From: Spironucleus salmonicida
Taxonomy: Eukaryota
Assembly: GCF_000497125.1 (NCBI RefSeq)
Contig: NC_090596.1
Span: 434,001 to 498,000, forward strand
Reading direction: 5' to 3'
DNA length: 64,000 nucleotides
The position numbers were made by a program, and so were the translations under genes. The notes under the pieces are model-generated. The model made no database searches. It worked only from the letters and a program-made list of their open reading frames with translations, and was not told where the DNA came from. This document shows, piece after piece, positions 42,401-55,396 of this stretch; within the stretch, counting starts at the first letter, position 1; each line of letters starts with the position of its first letter.

Positions 42401-44663
42401 GCTAATTTATGCTAAAATATGGAGGCTTACTAGGAAATTCAGCCCTTTAACCATCAATATCACCAAACATTTGCTAGTGCTTTTCGTTGGTAATATTTGA
42501 AAATACCAATGAATTCTTTTTAGATGTGTCATTTTTAACTTAGTCTAAGAATAACAGTAGTTTCTCTCTAATTTATTCTCTTTACTCTTCATATATAATT
42601 ATATTGTCTGAATCTTCGTCAGAATCTAATAAATTATCATTTTCATATTTAAAAGTATTATAGAATTCTTTAAATTCTTTTTTATTTTATAAATGATCCT
42701 TATGTTTAAACATTGTATTTATTACGTCTTCTCTTAAATCTTATTGATCATTAACTGGAAGATATTTAATAATTTTGTTTAAAATCTTTAGGAAGTCTTA
42801 ATTAATTGTAAGTACATCGTGTGCTTAGTTAGGAAGTTTAACTAATATATCACTACCCAACTGAGCACTTTAATCTAAAGGTCTAGGGTTGAGGTCTATA
42901 TTACAAGTTTTTATAACTTAAGAAAATTAACAACCTAATGCCGTAATAACATTCTTAACCTTTTTATGCGAGGTTTTTTCGTTCATGTTGGCTAACTAAT
43001 CAGCTATTTTTTACCTATTTTTTCTGGTACTTACTGGTTTTGGGTCTTATTTAAACTAGTTAATACTTTCAAACTAATTAATCTAATTTTCTATTGGAAG
43101 CTGGATAAATTTTTAGTCTGGTTTTGTCTCCTGTAGTTCTTTTCTAGGACTTTTTACTTATTACTTTTCAATTTACTATGATTATTTTAAATTTTCCTAT
43201 TAAAGTTTTTCTTTAACTGATAATTACTATATTTTTGGTAATCTAGGAGTTTTGTTTAAATTAGACTTCGATTATTTATTTATAAATTTTGTCATAACTA
43301 ATGGCTTTTAAACATTTTGAAAGTTAGCTTATACTGATTTAGAAACTGTATCAATATAAAGTTGAATATAATCATTGTGGAAATAATCCTAAATTTATGT
43401 ACCAAGATCAGCATTTTTTAAATTAGTTAATATAAATTTTAGATTAAATAAACTTTATCTATCTATTCCAAAATCTGATAGAAGTTTATTTTCAAATTAT
43501 GGATCAGAAATAGTTACTAATGCTCCTATACCATTCTAAATACACATAGAATATTACAAATCATTATCAACATTTTCCATTTTTACACCCTCCAGATTTG
43601 CCGTTGTAGAAAGGAGTCTATTATTTAATTTATCTATTTCCATCTAATGAGCTTCAATTGTATCCCTTAGCTATTTGCCCATCCTATCTATTTATTAACC
43701 TTATTTTTCAATAGTATGTTACTCTTTAGATAAAGCAGCAATAAGATCGTCTTTATCATCTCGATACTGTTTTATTATTTGATTTTAGTTAATCAGCACT
43801 TGTTAACTCTCATTAAGCTATTTTCTCATTTTTTATAGGACCAATTATTATCGTTTAAATCTCTCCTGGAATTCAATTTTCTCATCCTGTTTATCTCTAA
43901 GCTCTTTAACATTTAACAAATTTTACTTTTATAATACATCCTTTTCTTATTTGAAATACGAATTTTCATTTTATAATTTTATAAATGCCAGTTACAGTTA
44001 ATTTGCCCGCTCTGTCGAAGCTTTATAATGTCCTTATAATTACTCATATTTACCTTGTAATAGTAATATCTCATTACTTAAATTTTAATTATTTTTTATT
44101 TCTAATTATAGCTTTTGATCTAATATTTAATTTGCATGTTACTATGCATTTTAAATTGATGTTTTTCGGACTGCTTTCTATAAAATAATATTTTTTATCT
44201 TTGTTAGCATTTCTTTGATTTAATTATTAGGTACCTCTTCAACAACGGTATCGAAGGCAGTGCTAAAAATCTCCATATCATCTAAATTTTCGTTATTATC
44301 AAAGATATTTTAGTTAACTATATTCTTTTCTTATATTTACTCCATTTATAAACTTTCTACCTAATCGGGTTCTAAAAACTCATCTTAATTATCCAAAATC
44401 TTTTTCAAGGTCGCATCTAACTCCATTAATGATAATTTATTATCTTTAGGTTCAGATTATGTAACATCAAGCGTTCTAGTAAAAATCTTAGCAGCACTTT
44501 TAACTTGTTATGATCCGGCGGTCCATACATCATTTCTGGCTCTTTCAGAAAACATACTAGATCCATTCTTATCGTATTAGACAAATAGTTCATTAATATT
44601 TTAATCTACTTTAAATTTTGTAAGGTGTGAAAGTTGAGATTTAGGAATATTTTTTGGTGGCAT
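39474..44663 (-). CDS. Very large coiled-coil protein (~1729 aa) with C-terminal globular region, weakly TSNAXIP1-like
   Basis: Start and stop in the same frame; last ~1 kb read fully, rest spot-checked; motif QKYGVKSLALSLVWNMIANL..IFARLF. Confidence 0.6.
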
Positions 44664-44728
44664 TTTGTAACTAAATAAAATATCACCACATAATAATCGC
44701 AATATATAGTATTTAATAAAAAGCACAA

Positions 44729-45358
44729 TCATTATAATTTTTTAGGCAGTTTCGGTGGCTTGACTAGATCAACCACATCCTACTGCAACACCGCTTCACC
44801 AACAGGGGACTGAAAACTAAAACTCTCAAAAATTGGTCGTTAAACGCTCCATGCAACCTATGGCGTATCTCTAGTTCGCAGAGCACTGAAAATCTTCGTT
44901 GGTGGTAAAGGGAGTGGTGTCCGTTCGTGATGCGAGAACGAATCCGAAATCTCTTCTCTATTATATACTATACGTAAAAAACTGATAGGTAAATAACTCT
45001 GAATTGGTTCCATTTCGGAATTATTAAAATCAATCATATTATACGGTAGTTATTATTATTTTACATCCTGCTAATTTAGTTACAATTCAATAGGCTGAAT
45101 CTCATAATTCGTTTATTTTGGACGAATTGGTCGATTTATGGAAACACCTGAATAGCTGTCTTATGCCTCATTGATTTCAAACTAATTAGGGCAAATTACT
45201 GCCTGCCATGCATCCTTATTCTGTAGTTTTGCAGTTCCATGAAGAGGCTTGATATCGTATACCCAAAGCGGCTTTGTAAGCCGGTAAACGGGGACAAATG
45301 GTCCCCACTGACTGATCTACTTTTGGTTTTACATCAGAAAGGGTATTTTAACATGCAT
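44729..45358 (-). CDS. Hypothetical protein (209 aa)
   Basis: Read in full: MHVKIPFLMQ...KPPKLPKKLQ*; TTTCCCTTCC immediately upstream. Confidence 0.65.
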
Positions 45359-45400
45359 TGGAAGGGAAATTTTTATTATTAATCATACATATTATTATAT

Positions 45401-46654
45401 TCACCACAACAAATCATCATCTTCAAATTAGCCTAAACAGTATTTTTTAGCAAATTCGTAGACGACTGGCTGCCCCAGGTTCTATAGAAATATTTCTTAT
45501 AACGCTAGATCCAACTCGGTGATGTCGCTCCCTAACTCTATTTAGCTGTCTGTAAACTTGCATAAAACAACCACACCGTTTTGAGATATTTTTGCTCCAC
45601 GAAACTGCTCAAGAAACTAAAGACCGAAATGCTCAGAAAAAACTTAGCTAAAACGTGTTAAAACAAGCAAACTATGTGTCCAAACTGAATGATTAGACGA
45701 TTTTGATAGTGCAATAATTTAATTTAAAATTAATTTTTCATTTCTTAATAAGTTTTCATCGAACATAAGAATTCTGCGTAATAGTTTCAATGCTGAAAGA
45801 ATTGTTTTTACATCTGAAAATAAAGCATCTAGAACAAGAGATGAAATGTCGAAAATTTAAAACTACTGTATACAGTTTTCGAGAAACATAACGCTACCGC
45901 TAAGCAGTGCCTCTAATAGTGTAAGTATACTGCGCTTCTGGTCTGTTTAAATTAAAATTCCTAGATTTTCTATTATAAAATCACGTGAAAAAGAGCTTGC
46001 AACAGCCAAAGATGTCAAATATGCAAAAAATGGTTTCGAAAGAAAATTTTTAGATACAAACTATATGGATTCACTGATCATAAATCCGTCTGGAAGTATG
46101 TCAGTTTCAGCGAGAATCTATGCAATTTCGAGGTGTTTAATTATAAGCTTGGGTGAGAAATTTGGAGTTGAAAGTGAATTTTAAATCATATTCAAAATAG
46201 AAAACTGTGAAATGATTTCCTGTGTATACTCAGTTTATAAGGCAAGGAGGACAGCAAGAAGGGAGAGGTAACTAGTTGTGGAAGAATCTTAATAATTAGA
46301 CTTCATATATCCTATAATATCTATAAATTACTCAGATTACGTGTTTGCTAGGTAAATTGTTAGTGTTCTGTACAAAGTTAATCTAACGGATTAATGAGGG
46401 GATGAAAGATGTGAAATAAGAAGACTAAGAGTTGTTTCTTCGTAAATTTAGGTTTATATTGAGAATTTTTTGATGTTATTAATAGCAAAAATAAGGTATT
46501 CTGGAGAAGGAGATGGATTATATAATGATTGTATATACTCTGTATAGACTTCATCTGAAGAGTGAGGTTATAATTTTATTAAATCTATTTCAGCTTATTC
46601 AGAATCTTCATCTGATTGCTATGGTTATTTTTTAGAGAGGAATACACTTCGCAT
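45401..46654 (-). CDS. ARM/HEAT-repeat protein, importin-alpha-like (417 aa)
   Basis: Helical repeats; C-terminal VVYEFAKKYC..FEDDD resembles the importin-alpha end. Confidence 0.55.
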
Positions 46655-46794
46655 GAATATTAATGTGATATATTAAATATATATTAATTATTATATGATT
46701 GTTTTTGCCTTAATTTTATAAATAAATTCTTTCAGATGATTTTAGAAGGAAAAATAATCGAAATAAATATAGCATAATAATATAACAGAATAAC

Positions 46795-47760
46795 TCATTT
46801 AACTACATCTTCAAGATGTCTAAGTTCCTGGATTACAACTTATTTCTCATCTTCTAGAGATTCGTTTCCGATACTGAATGTCTCTAAATAATCTAGTAGC
46901 TTCTCTTTGTTTTTGTAAAGAATTTTAACTACCAATGGTGTTTTATCTGGGTTTATGATAAATATCTTAAAGATATCGAAAGCAGCTATTTTAACCTTAT
47001 TTGATTGATCCCTTAATAAACACATAATAACTTTGAGATTATCTTCAGATTGAACATAAAAGATCATAACATCTTGAAATTAAGCATCTAGTAGAATATC
47101 TCCCAATAAGGTGAGACTGAATAGTTTTGTTGCAAAGTTTTAACTTTTTAGAAGTTCTTAGTACCAAATAAAAAAATCCGGTATGTCTAAAATAAATTTG
47201 TTAACATAAATTTTATTTGTTGTAAGTAGGTTTTTAAAAAGCATCATAGCTTCAGAACTAGTTTCAAATATATTACTATTCATAATCGAAAATAATTTAA
47301 CAAACTTATCGCATTTAAGCATATCTAAGAACATTTCAACCACCTCTTGACGCTTGATCAAATCTTTAATAACTTAACCAAAATTTAATGATAATTCTTA
47401 GTTAAGCCCAGTTAGAAGTAAATCGAGAATTTCTGGTCGTGACTATACATATGAAGACAGTGGAGATTTTTAATTTCCGACTAATATATCACCAGTAATA
47501 GCTCTCTTAGAAATATAGTTTATTAACATACATGCATCTTTTCTAGCCTCAAATGATAAGTTTTTGAATTTTTTGGTTAGAATAAGGAGAAGATTGTTAT
47601 TATAAAAATATTGTACTAATTATGTTTATTATTCAGGTGTCATTTAAGCCTAAATTAATTGACCTATTTAACTTAACTATATATCTGGAGATTTTTCATC
47701 ATTAATACACTATATTATGTTAGAAAGCAGCTCTGCGATTGTTTACTTTTTCTTGAACAT
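46795..47760 (-). CDS. CAB39: MO25 / calcium-binding protein 39
   Basis: LSFEARKDA, NLKVIMCLLRD, AFDIFKIFIINPDKT, EDEK; joins two track fragments. Confidence 0.95.
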
Positions 47761-47879
47761 TAGAAAAAAGGAAAGTTATAATTTACTAATATTATATTAG
47801 ATATAATTTATAAATGATGTAAAATAAAGTATTATTAATATTTATATGTTATTTCTATTTTATATTAATAACTTACAAA

Positions 47880-48530
47880 ATGCACGTTATTCTCAAATAA
47901 AATAATATTAACAAGGACTATTTTGATGATTATTAAGAAAGTATTTAAATCGAATAGTTATATGATTAATAGTAAAATAATAAAAACAAGACCAGCAAAA
48001 TTAATTGTATTACTACTTTTGCATCTTTATCTTAATAAAAATAACGTGAGCCTCCTCATGAATCTGAACTCACTGCAGCAGTTGATGATTTTCTTTAGAT
48101 TAAGCTTGTTACTAGTAAATTAAAATACACTAATACTCCTTTATAAAGACCAATTATATTATGTTAATAATCTCTAAAAAATTCATGGTCTGCGACTAGA
48201 GGCAGATCTATTCCAATTATCAAAAAACAAGAGTCTGATGGGGTAAGAATAGTTTTTCAGGCAATCAAGTCAAACTATACACAGGTTTAAAAACCTATTA
48301 AATTAAAATAAAAGTTTATAGAAATTGATAATACATAAGAGGACTTAGGAGATAATTGTTTGCTTACAAGTCTGTCTCATGATTAAATAGTTACAACAAT
48401 GGATAAAAATTTAAGGTTTGGTATGAATTCTTCATTATCTCCTGAGAAAGCGGTTTAAGTTAGAAATTACAAATTAGTTACGAGGTATAAACCTAAAATA
48501 TTTAAATAGATCAATAACAAACAAAAGTGA
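47880..48530 (+). CDS. Hypothetical protein (216 aa)
   Basis: Open frame read in full; ends AAG-TGA. Confidence 0.6.
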
Positions 48531-48542
48531 GTAATTTATGTT

Positions 48543-51476
48543 TCAGATCACATCATATTCTTATGTCCATTCCTTAACTTAACTTGCTTTACCAACTACT
48601 ACAATTTTACCTTAACTAATATCTTCAAAATCTTCACCAACCTTTTTTAAATCATCAAAATTAACATTCACAATATTTTCAACTGTTTGCGCATACTGAT
48701 CAATATCAACACCATCTAAGAATAGCTGTAGTGACAAACTATATCTATCTGCAGGTGCAATACTCTTTTATCTACTACCAATTGCTCCTATCTTAAATCT
48801 CAATAAAGAATTATCATCGATGCTTATTTCTCTTAAGAATTTACCTATATTACGATAATTCTCAATTGTCTTTTAAAGCTATGGATCTCTATAACTTACA
48901 ATATATTAAATACCGTTGAATTTTTGACGTAAAAAGCATCCATATGCTCCTCCCATAACACGCACATTCTCCCAAAGATATCCTGAATAAAGCATAGATT
49001 CTGCTAATAGTGATGCAGAAGATGGTATTTAAAAAGATTTCTACGCTGCTGCAGCAACATAATTCACATTGATTTATGCGGCAATAGAGGAAGTACAAAT
49101 AGGTATTTTATTTCTAAGCTCGAACTTTTCGTTATAATAAGATTTGAATTCTATTTTGTGTAATAAATTTTATTTTTCAATTTCTTTAATAATTACATGT
49201 GGGTCAGTAGATCCTATTGAAAACAGAGCTGGTAGCGTTTTCAAGTTTTAAATTATGGAAATCAACTAGTTAGAAATATGGATATTTGCTTTAATATCTC
49301 CTTACTGGTTTAAATAATTAAGAAGTCTAATACCTTGAGTATATTCTTTTGAAGCATGAATTTGACTAAACTACGACATTGCGCGATTTGCAGCAGTTAT
49401 ATGGCCAAGTGAAGTCGTAAGTTTTTCCTACAGGCTAGCTTTAAACTCATTAATATTCTCTAGTAATTCTTAATGATTAGATAAACCTTAAGTAGTTCCA
49501 AAAATGATTTCATAAATTAAATGTATAGCATCTTAAGAATTAATTGATAAAAATTTAGAGCTAACTTGCAACATAAATCTAGGATTACTATTCACCTCAG
49601 TTGATATTATTTCAAAATCTAAACTACCGATAAGCTTATCTGAAATTTATTGCAATTCTTGCTTATTTTTATAGAGCTTTGTACATGTTTTCTTATAAAT
49701 CTTACTTAAAATTGATATATCCATAAGATATGCCTCGTCTACCTAATTTGTTACATCAATAATAATATTGAAATAATCTATACCCTTTGATTTCGTATCA
49801 TAAGTATATAAGGAAATATTTTCATCCTATCTAGTTCCTTTGAGGACAAGTAATTCCTTTGATAAACCGTGAAGGTCTTATAACTATAACTTTGGTAAAG
49901 CATCAATAGCCTCTTATGAATCTGGAGAGCTTTATTTCTTGATTAATTCTTTTGTTAAAGTAATTGCCACTTAGAGTTGGCCCTCTGTTAAAGAACTATA
50001 ATATTCTTATTCTTACTTCTTAAGTTCTACTTGCTTTTTATCATTTAGTCCTACAACAGGGTTCATTAAAATCTAACAGTAGTTTTTATTATTAATAAAA
50101 TACTTAGTAATCAATGTCTTGATGTATGGAACAATTGAAGTATTTAAAAGCATTTCTCTTAATTCTAAGATTGGTTTTTCATGGTCAAAAAACTTTTCAA
50201 AGTCAGCACCATATGGCCATCCTAAATATAATTATTACATTAATTTTACACCATAGTGATCGCCAATTTCTTTAACCTTAAATTCAAGATTATTGAGTCC
50301 AGCTTCCAATGAGTTTGCAGTAAGGAAGTCTCCAGATACTATTTCTTTATAAATATTTTACAAAAGTTTCTAGTAGTCTTCCGACTTTGTAGGATTGCCA
50401 CCAGTAACAACTAAGCTAATATAAGCTTAGTTTTATGTATAGTCTAAACTACTCTAAAATTTCTATCCTATGCCCTATTATGAGATTTCTTTTTTAAATG
50501 GTGAAGCAGGAGAGTCATGAAGCAAGTAATCAATAAGGTTTAAAGCTAAAAATTCAACAGATGACACTGTGTCACAATCATATAATCTATAACCCGCCAA
50601 ATGTACAGCAGTATCAATAACTTGCTATGACTCTGAGATACCAAAATCAATTTTCTTTAACGCTTAAGGCTATTAATATTCCTGCTATTTCGACAATTTA
50701 ATAGGATGACCATAACTACCGTTCATTCTTTCCAAAAATGTGTTAATAAAATCAAGTTCCTTTTAAAGATCATATTAGCTTACAAGCATTGTAAATGAAT
50801 TACTGGGTTTATAATGTTTTTTGTGGAAGTGCTTCAAGTCATCAGCTGTCAAATTTAAAATAATAGAAGGCTCTCCACCTGAATCGAAACGCAGAGGGGA
50901 TTCCTAAAATAGAGCCTCTTATACTGCAGTATATCCCTATGATGTAGGGTTAGAATAAACACCTCGCATTTCATTCAATACCACACCTCTATGTTCATGA
51001 ATATCACCTTCGATATGGAAATGATGCCCTTCTTATTAGAAAATACGATCATCTTATTGAATATTAGGGAAGAAAACAGCATCTAAATATACATTCATCA
51101 TGTTGAAAAAATCCTACTCATTTCTTGATGATAAGGGATAGCATGTGTGATCAGAATAAGTCATAGCATTTAAAAATGTTTATAACGATGATTGTAGCAA
51201 ATTGGTAAAAGGTTCTTTTGACGGAAATTTTTCTGATCCACACAAAACAGAGTGCTCAGTGATGTGTTGAATACCAGTGGAATCAGTGGATGGTGTCGAA
51301 AATGATATAGAAAACGTAGCTTCGTTATACCCTAAATCAAGTGGAATAAGTTTTAGTATCTTCATCTCAGAATCAATATGCTTTAGCTCAATTCCAGCAA
51401 ATTCAATACCAGGTACCTTTGCTAAAGTTCTAAGTACTGTGAAATTACTAATTGTAGAATTTATTGCAGGGAGCAT
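48543..51476 (-). CDS. PITRM1: M16C zinc metallopeptidase (presequence protease PreP/Cym1/falcilysin-like), 977 aa
   Basis: HITEHSVLCGSEKFP, FLNAMTYSDHTCYP, FQQEGHH, GVVLNEMRG, SGGEP, IRKQLCCCSVEIFL region, GGAYG, SYRDP. Confidence 0.9.
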
Positions 51477-51543
51477 TTTAGAGGTCTATATACAAAATTA
51501 TTTTAGTACTTTTATATAATATTAATCCAATTCGTTTTTATCA

Positions 51544-51804
51544 ATGGACGAATTTGATTACATTTATGACACAAAGTGTTACAATCTCTTAATCAAAAGT
51601 AACTAGAAACTCGTTAACGAACATATAGAGTTTATTTTAACGTCAGTAACTAAGAAGTATACAGATAGTATTTATTCATTTTAACTTTAATTAAACCCAA
51701 TTATTCTATTAATTATAAGCATAGAAGAAGTTGAGTAGCCTTTTTATTTCGTAGTAAATGGTGTTAAAATACGGCACACTGGTATATAGATAACAATATA
51801 GTGA
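51544..51804 (+). CDS. Small hypothetical protein (86 aa)
   Basis: MDEFDYIYDTKCYNLL...GIQITIQ*; ends TAG-TGA; divergent from the peptidase gene. Confidence 0.5.
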
Positions 51805-51815
51805 ATAGTATATTT

Positions 51816-52247
51816 TCACTGGCTTAGTTTCTTCATAAGAATATACTCATCTTGCGTTTTGAAACCTTAAAGTTTTTATAGATTTTAGATAATTTCAGTA
51901 TTTAAAGTCTAGGGCCGTATTATATTTATATAAAAACTGGTAAAATCTTAATAATCGTAAAACTTTTTTAGTTCATCCACAATTGAATAAAAGAATTCTT
52001 AGTCTTAAATAGCAGCTTATTTTTAAGCATCAGATATATTTAATATGTTTTTATTTTTAGTATATATTTTCCTCCTTTTTTCTAAATATGTTTCATATTT
52101 TCCAAAACTTGAATTCAAATTTTATTTTAATTACGAAAATTCATCATTGTGTTAATTTTTTTTATAATAACTCTTTTCTAGTGAATATAGTTTAATGATA
52201 TTTTTGTGAAAGGTTTAATAGTGAGCAATTAATTACTGCAGATTCAT
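51816..52247 (-). CDS. Hypothetical protein (143 aa)
   Basis: Read in full: MNLQQLIAHYQTF...MKKLSQ*; ends CAG-TGA. Confidence 0.55.
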
Positions 52248-52305
52248 TTAAATATAAAATATATCGCTACTATTATATTATTACTTAACATAATTTGTAA
52301 TTTTA

Positions 52306-52683
52306 ATGAAATGGGTAGATCGAGATATCTATAAATTGATTCGATTTGCAGCCCTTTATAACAATGATTTTCATTTATATGCAAATAATTTTCAAGGCAG
52401 AACAATGTCATCCGTCAAAACAAAATATCACCATTTATAAAAACTTGGATTGATTAAAGTTCCACAGGAAATATTAAAAAGATAAGGCAAGGGGAAAAGT
52501 CTCCATGTTTAGTTGATAAATGATGTTTAAATCAATGACTGTCATTTATAGCGATAAACTGATGCATTATTTTTTGCATTATTTTTTGATTGTTTGCAAG
52601 TATAAGATATTCATATAAAGAATAACCAAGCAGAAGATTTATAAATTAGATTAGGTGACCATAACTTATCCTCCTCAGAGTGA
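52306..52683 (+). CDS. Small Myb-like DNA-binding protein (125 aa)
   Basis: MKWVDRDIYKLIRFAALYNNDFHLYANNFQGRTMSSVKTKYHHL, a single Myb/SANT repeat. Confidence 0.75.
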
Positions 52684-53910
52684 TGTATCACTTTCAAATA
52701 TCTGTTTAGAAAACTATTGATTTAGTTTATTTTGAACTTCAATTTAGGTTTATAGCAAATCTAATTAATGCTACTTTTACTCTAAAGTTTGCATTTAATC
52801 TATACTTTCTTAAATTCTTCCCTGTGCGTCATTACAACTTGTTATAACTTAGTCTCGTTCTATTATCAATTCAGTAATTTTGTGACTAAGTATATTAATA
52901 TTTCTAGATTCATCATATATATAATCAATTTAATTCTAATTTTTAACAATAAGATCATTGGTGTGCTATTTTTATACGTATACTTATTCTTATAATTGGT
53001 TAAAACACATAATTAGTTTTTCAATACCCGCTTATCCGGCTATTTTTTTAACATCATATGCAAAAGCATTAGCAGCTTTCTAAACAATACATAATTATCT
53101 CAATATATTATCTTTTAATTCCTAAAATTATGTAATCTTTTCATTAACATCTTAAAGGGTTTCAACTGCTCTCTTATACCGCTTATCTAAAAATTCAGAC
53201 TTAATTTAATCAATTTAGTTTTAAGTCATCTTTATGAGTTATAAATAGTGTAAAAGATCCTGTTACACAACGTCATTCAATTAACAACTTTATTGTAGTG
53301 TTTTTTTTAATTTCAAAAAACGAGAATAAGCAACATCAGAATCATTTTCTAGTTACCTAAAAGCCAATTTTTATGAATTAATTTCGTTATTGTAATTTTA
53401 TTTTAATTAATATAGTTCAATTTAATTTTTTTCTAAAGTTAATTTATTAAATGTTTACAATTAATCAAGACATTCGAGTATTGATTTTTTCTTGAGAGCT
53501 AGATAAACTAATTCACCTTAGTTTATCTCCAGATCATTATCGATACACGCATATGGTTTATTTTATTAAATTCTTAGTCTTCCTACCTCAAGCAACACAT
53601 TTATTGTAAACTCCTTAAATACGCTTATTTCATGTTACATTATTTCATTTGTATACCTCTACTGATAAAGAGCGTAATGTTCGGGGATTTCGGCTACAAT
53701 TGGCGTTGATAATATTTTATTCTACTTTAAAAAAATTATTTCATTTTTAACTGAAATTAAATCATTCTTCAAGGATCTAACGTTTATACCGTCATAAGAG
53801 AAAATTCCATTCTTAAGAATGTAATTATTATGATTAATTTATTTAGGATTGATTAGATTTAAATTTGGTGTGAGATCGTTCCATTTTAGTTAATGGGGAT
53901 GATTTGACAT
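52675..53910 (-). CDS. Hypothetical coiled-coil protein (411 aa)
   Basis: Read in full; 3' end overlaps the Myb gene by 9 nt. Confidence 0.7.
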
Positions 53911-53993
53911 CTTTTAAGAAATATTGAAATAATAATATAATATAATGTAATCAACGATAATTTATACCTATTATTATATCAATTATTAATAAT

Positions 53994-54020
53994 TTCACTT
54001 CCTTAACCACTCCCCGATAA
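53994..54020 (+). promoter_or_regulatory. Pyrimidine/C-rich element just upstream of start codon (example of a recurring motif)
   Basis: TTCACTTCCTTAACCACTCCCCGATAA-ATG; similar TTCC tracts precede many ATGs in this window. Confidence 0.5.
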
Positions 54021-54698
54021 ATGCCCCGTGCTGCGCGTAAAGCTGCTATTATAACATCTAAAACCAAGCCTAAGACCAAGGAACATAAGCAATCTTTGAT
54101 TACTAAAATTGCGCCAGTAGTTCTTTCTTCTTAACTAGTCTATGTACTCCATTTTTCAAGACCCAACAATGCTGCTATCCGCAATCTACGTGTTATTTTC
54201 AACTCCGAAGCTTAGATTTTCATGGCTTCTCATGGTATAATGAAGTAAGCTCTCTAAGAACTAGGCCCCAAAGGTGAATCTCTAGCAAAACTTTTTAAGG
54301 GTCAAAGTGCTATTTTATGTACAAAATTACCTTTAGATGAAGTAAAATAGAGATGTGTGAAAGCTACATCTGTGTGTTATGCTGAAGCTGGTTATGTAGC
54401 ATAGGAAGATATAATAATTGGTGAAGGTCTCCTAAATGCTGATTTTTACGCAGTTTAGATGGAATCTCATCTCAGAAGTCTCGGTCTCCCATGCACTGTA
54501 GATAACGAAAAAATTCGTGTTCTAACAAATTTTGCTATTTGTAAAAAGGATGATGTCATTAACTCGACATAAGCCAAGCTTTTAAAACACTTTGGTCACG
54601 AACTTGGTTAGTTTGCTATCGAGCCGGTAGGATATTTCAAAAAAGCAGAAAATGATATTTTCCTGCTCAAAGATGAGCTTGCCTAGCTATTAGACTGA
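54021..54698 (+). CDS. MRT4: mRNA turnover protein 4 (Mrt4, uL10 paralogue)
   Basis: MPRAARK..TSKTKPKTKEHK, MESHLRSLGLP, QAKLLKHFG. Confidence 0.9.
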
Positions 54699-54707
54699 AA
54701 AATATCA

Positions 54708-55289
54708 TCACTAAACACGAACTAGAACATCAATTTCAGCCCGACAAAGCGGGCAAAATCGGTTTTTCGTCCGTAACTCCACTGCGCACGACGCACAGCT
54801 CACCATATGTCTACATGGTAGTGAAACGACTGTTGGAACCTCTCCCAAGCATATACAACACAACTCCTCCTCGTCGTTTCCATAAATCTCACGCATTTCA
54901 TACCAAAGTCCTCCAGTTTTCATAAAACTTTAACATTTTTCGCAAGAACTTTATAAATTATAAATTTCGATCAAATTTTTAGAACCATGAACTTCTACAA
55001 TTGATATTGCTGCCTGTTTATTAGTATGGTCTTTTGAAGACTTGAAAGAAAGTATTTGAGTTTCGTTAACCTCTCGGGAAGTAGAAACGGAACCTAGTTG
55101 TAAACTACTTTCCGTTAAAGTTAAATCAAATAGTATAGTTGTGAATGTTGGTTTTATCGATAATTAGTTGAAATTTAATGTTTTATTAGTATAATGAGGA
55201 GATTTAATTTCAGCTATTGGTGAAATTCGCTGAATTGTAGAAGAGGCTGAAGGATGCGGTGGGTCAAGAAGTGTAGGTGGGAGATTCAT
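54708..55289 (-). CDS. C3HC4/5 RING E3 ligase, MGRN1/RNF157-like
   Basis: YEMREIYG directly before CCICL..LPCRHMVSCASC..CPLCR. Confidence 0.88.
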
Positions 55290-55396
55290 AAAAGAGAGAA
55301 GTTTTGTCACGAATTTAATGATCATTACTATTCCTTCGCAGGTTAGTCAAAAGTAATTATTATGTATTATTTTATAATTTAAAGTTTATATTATCA

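Noticed and set aside
8548-54698. Apparent cluster of ribosome-biogenesis genes (WKF, LTV1, EMG1, MRT4)
   Set aside because: Scattered over 46 kb among unrelated genes; expected by chance in a compact genome.
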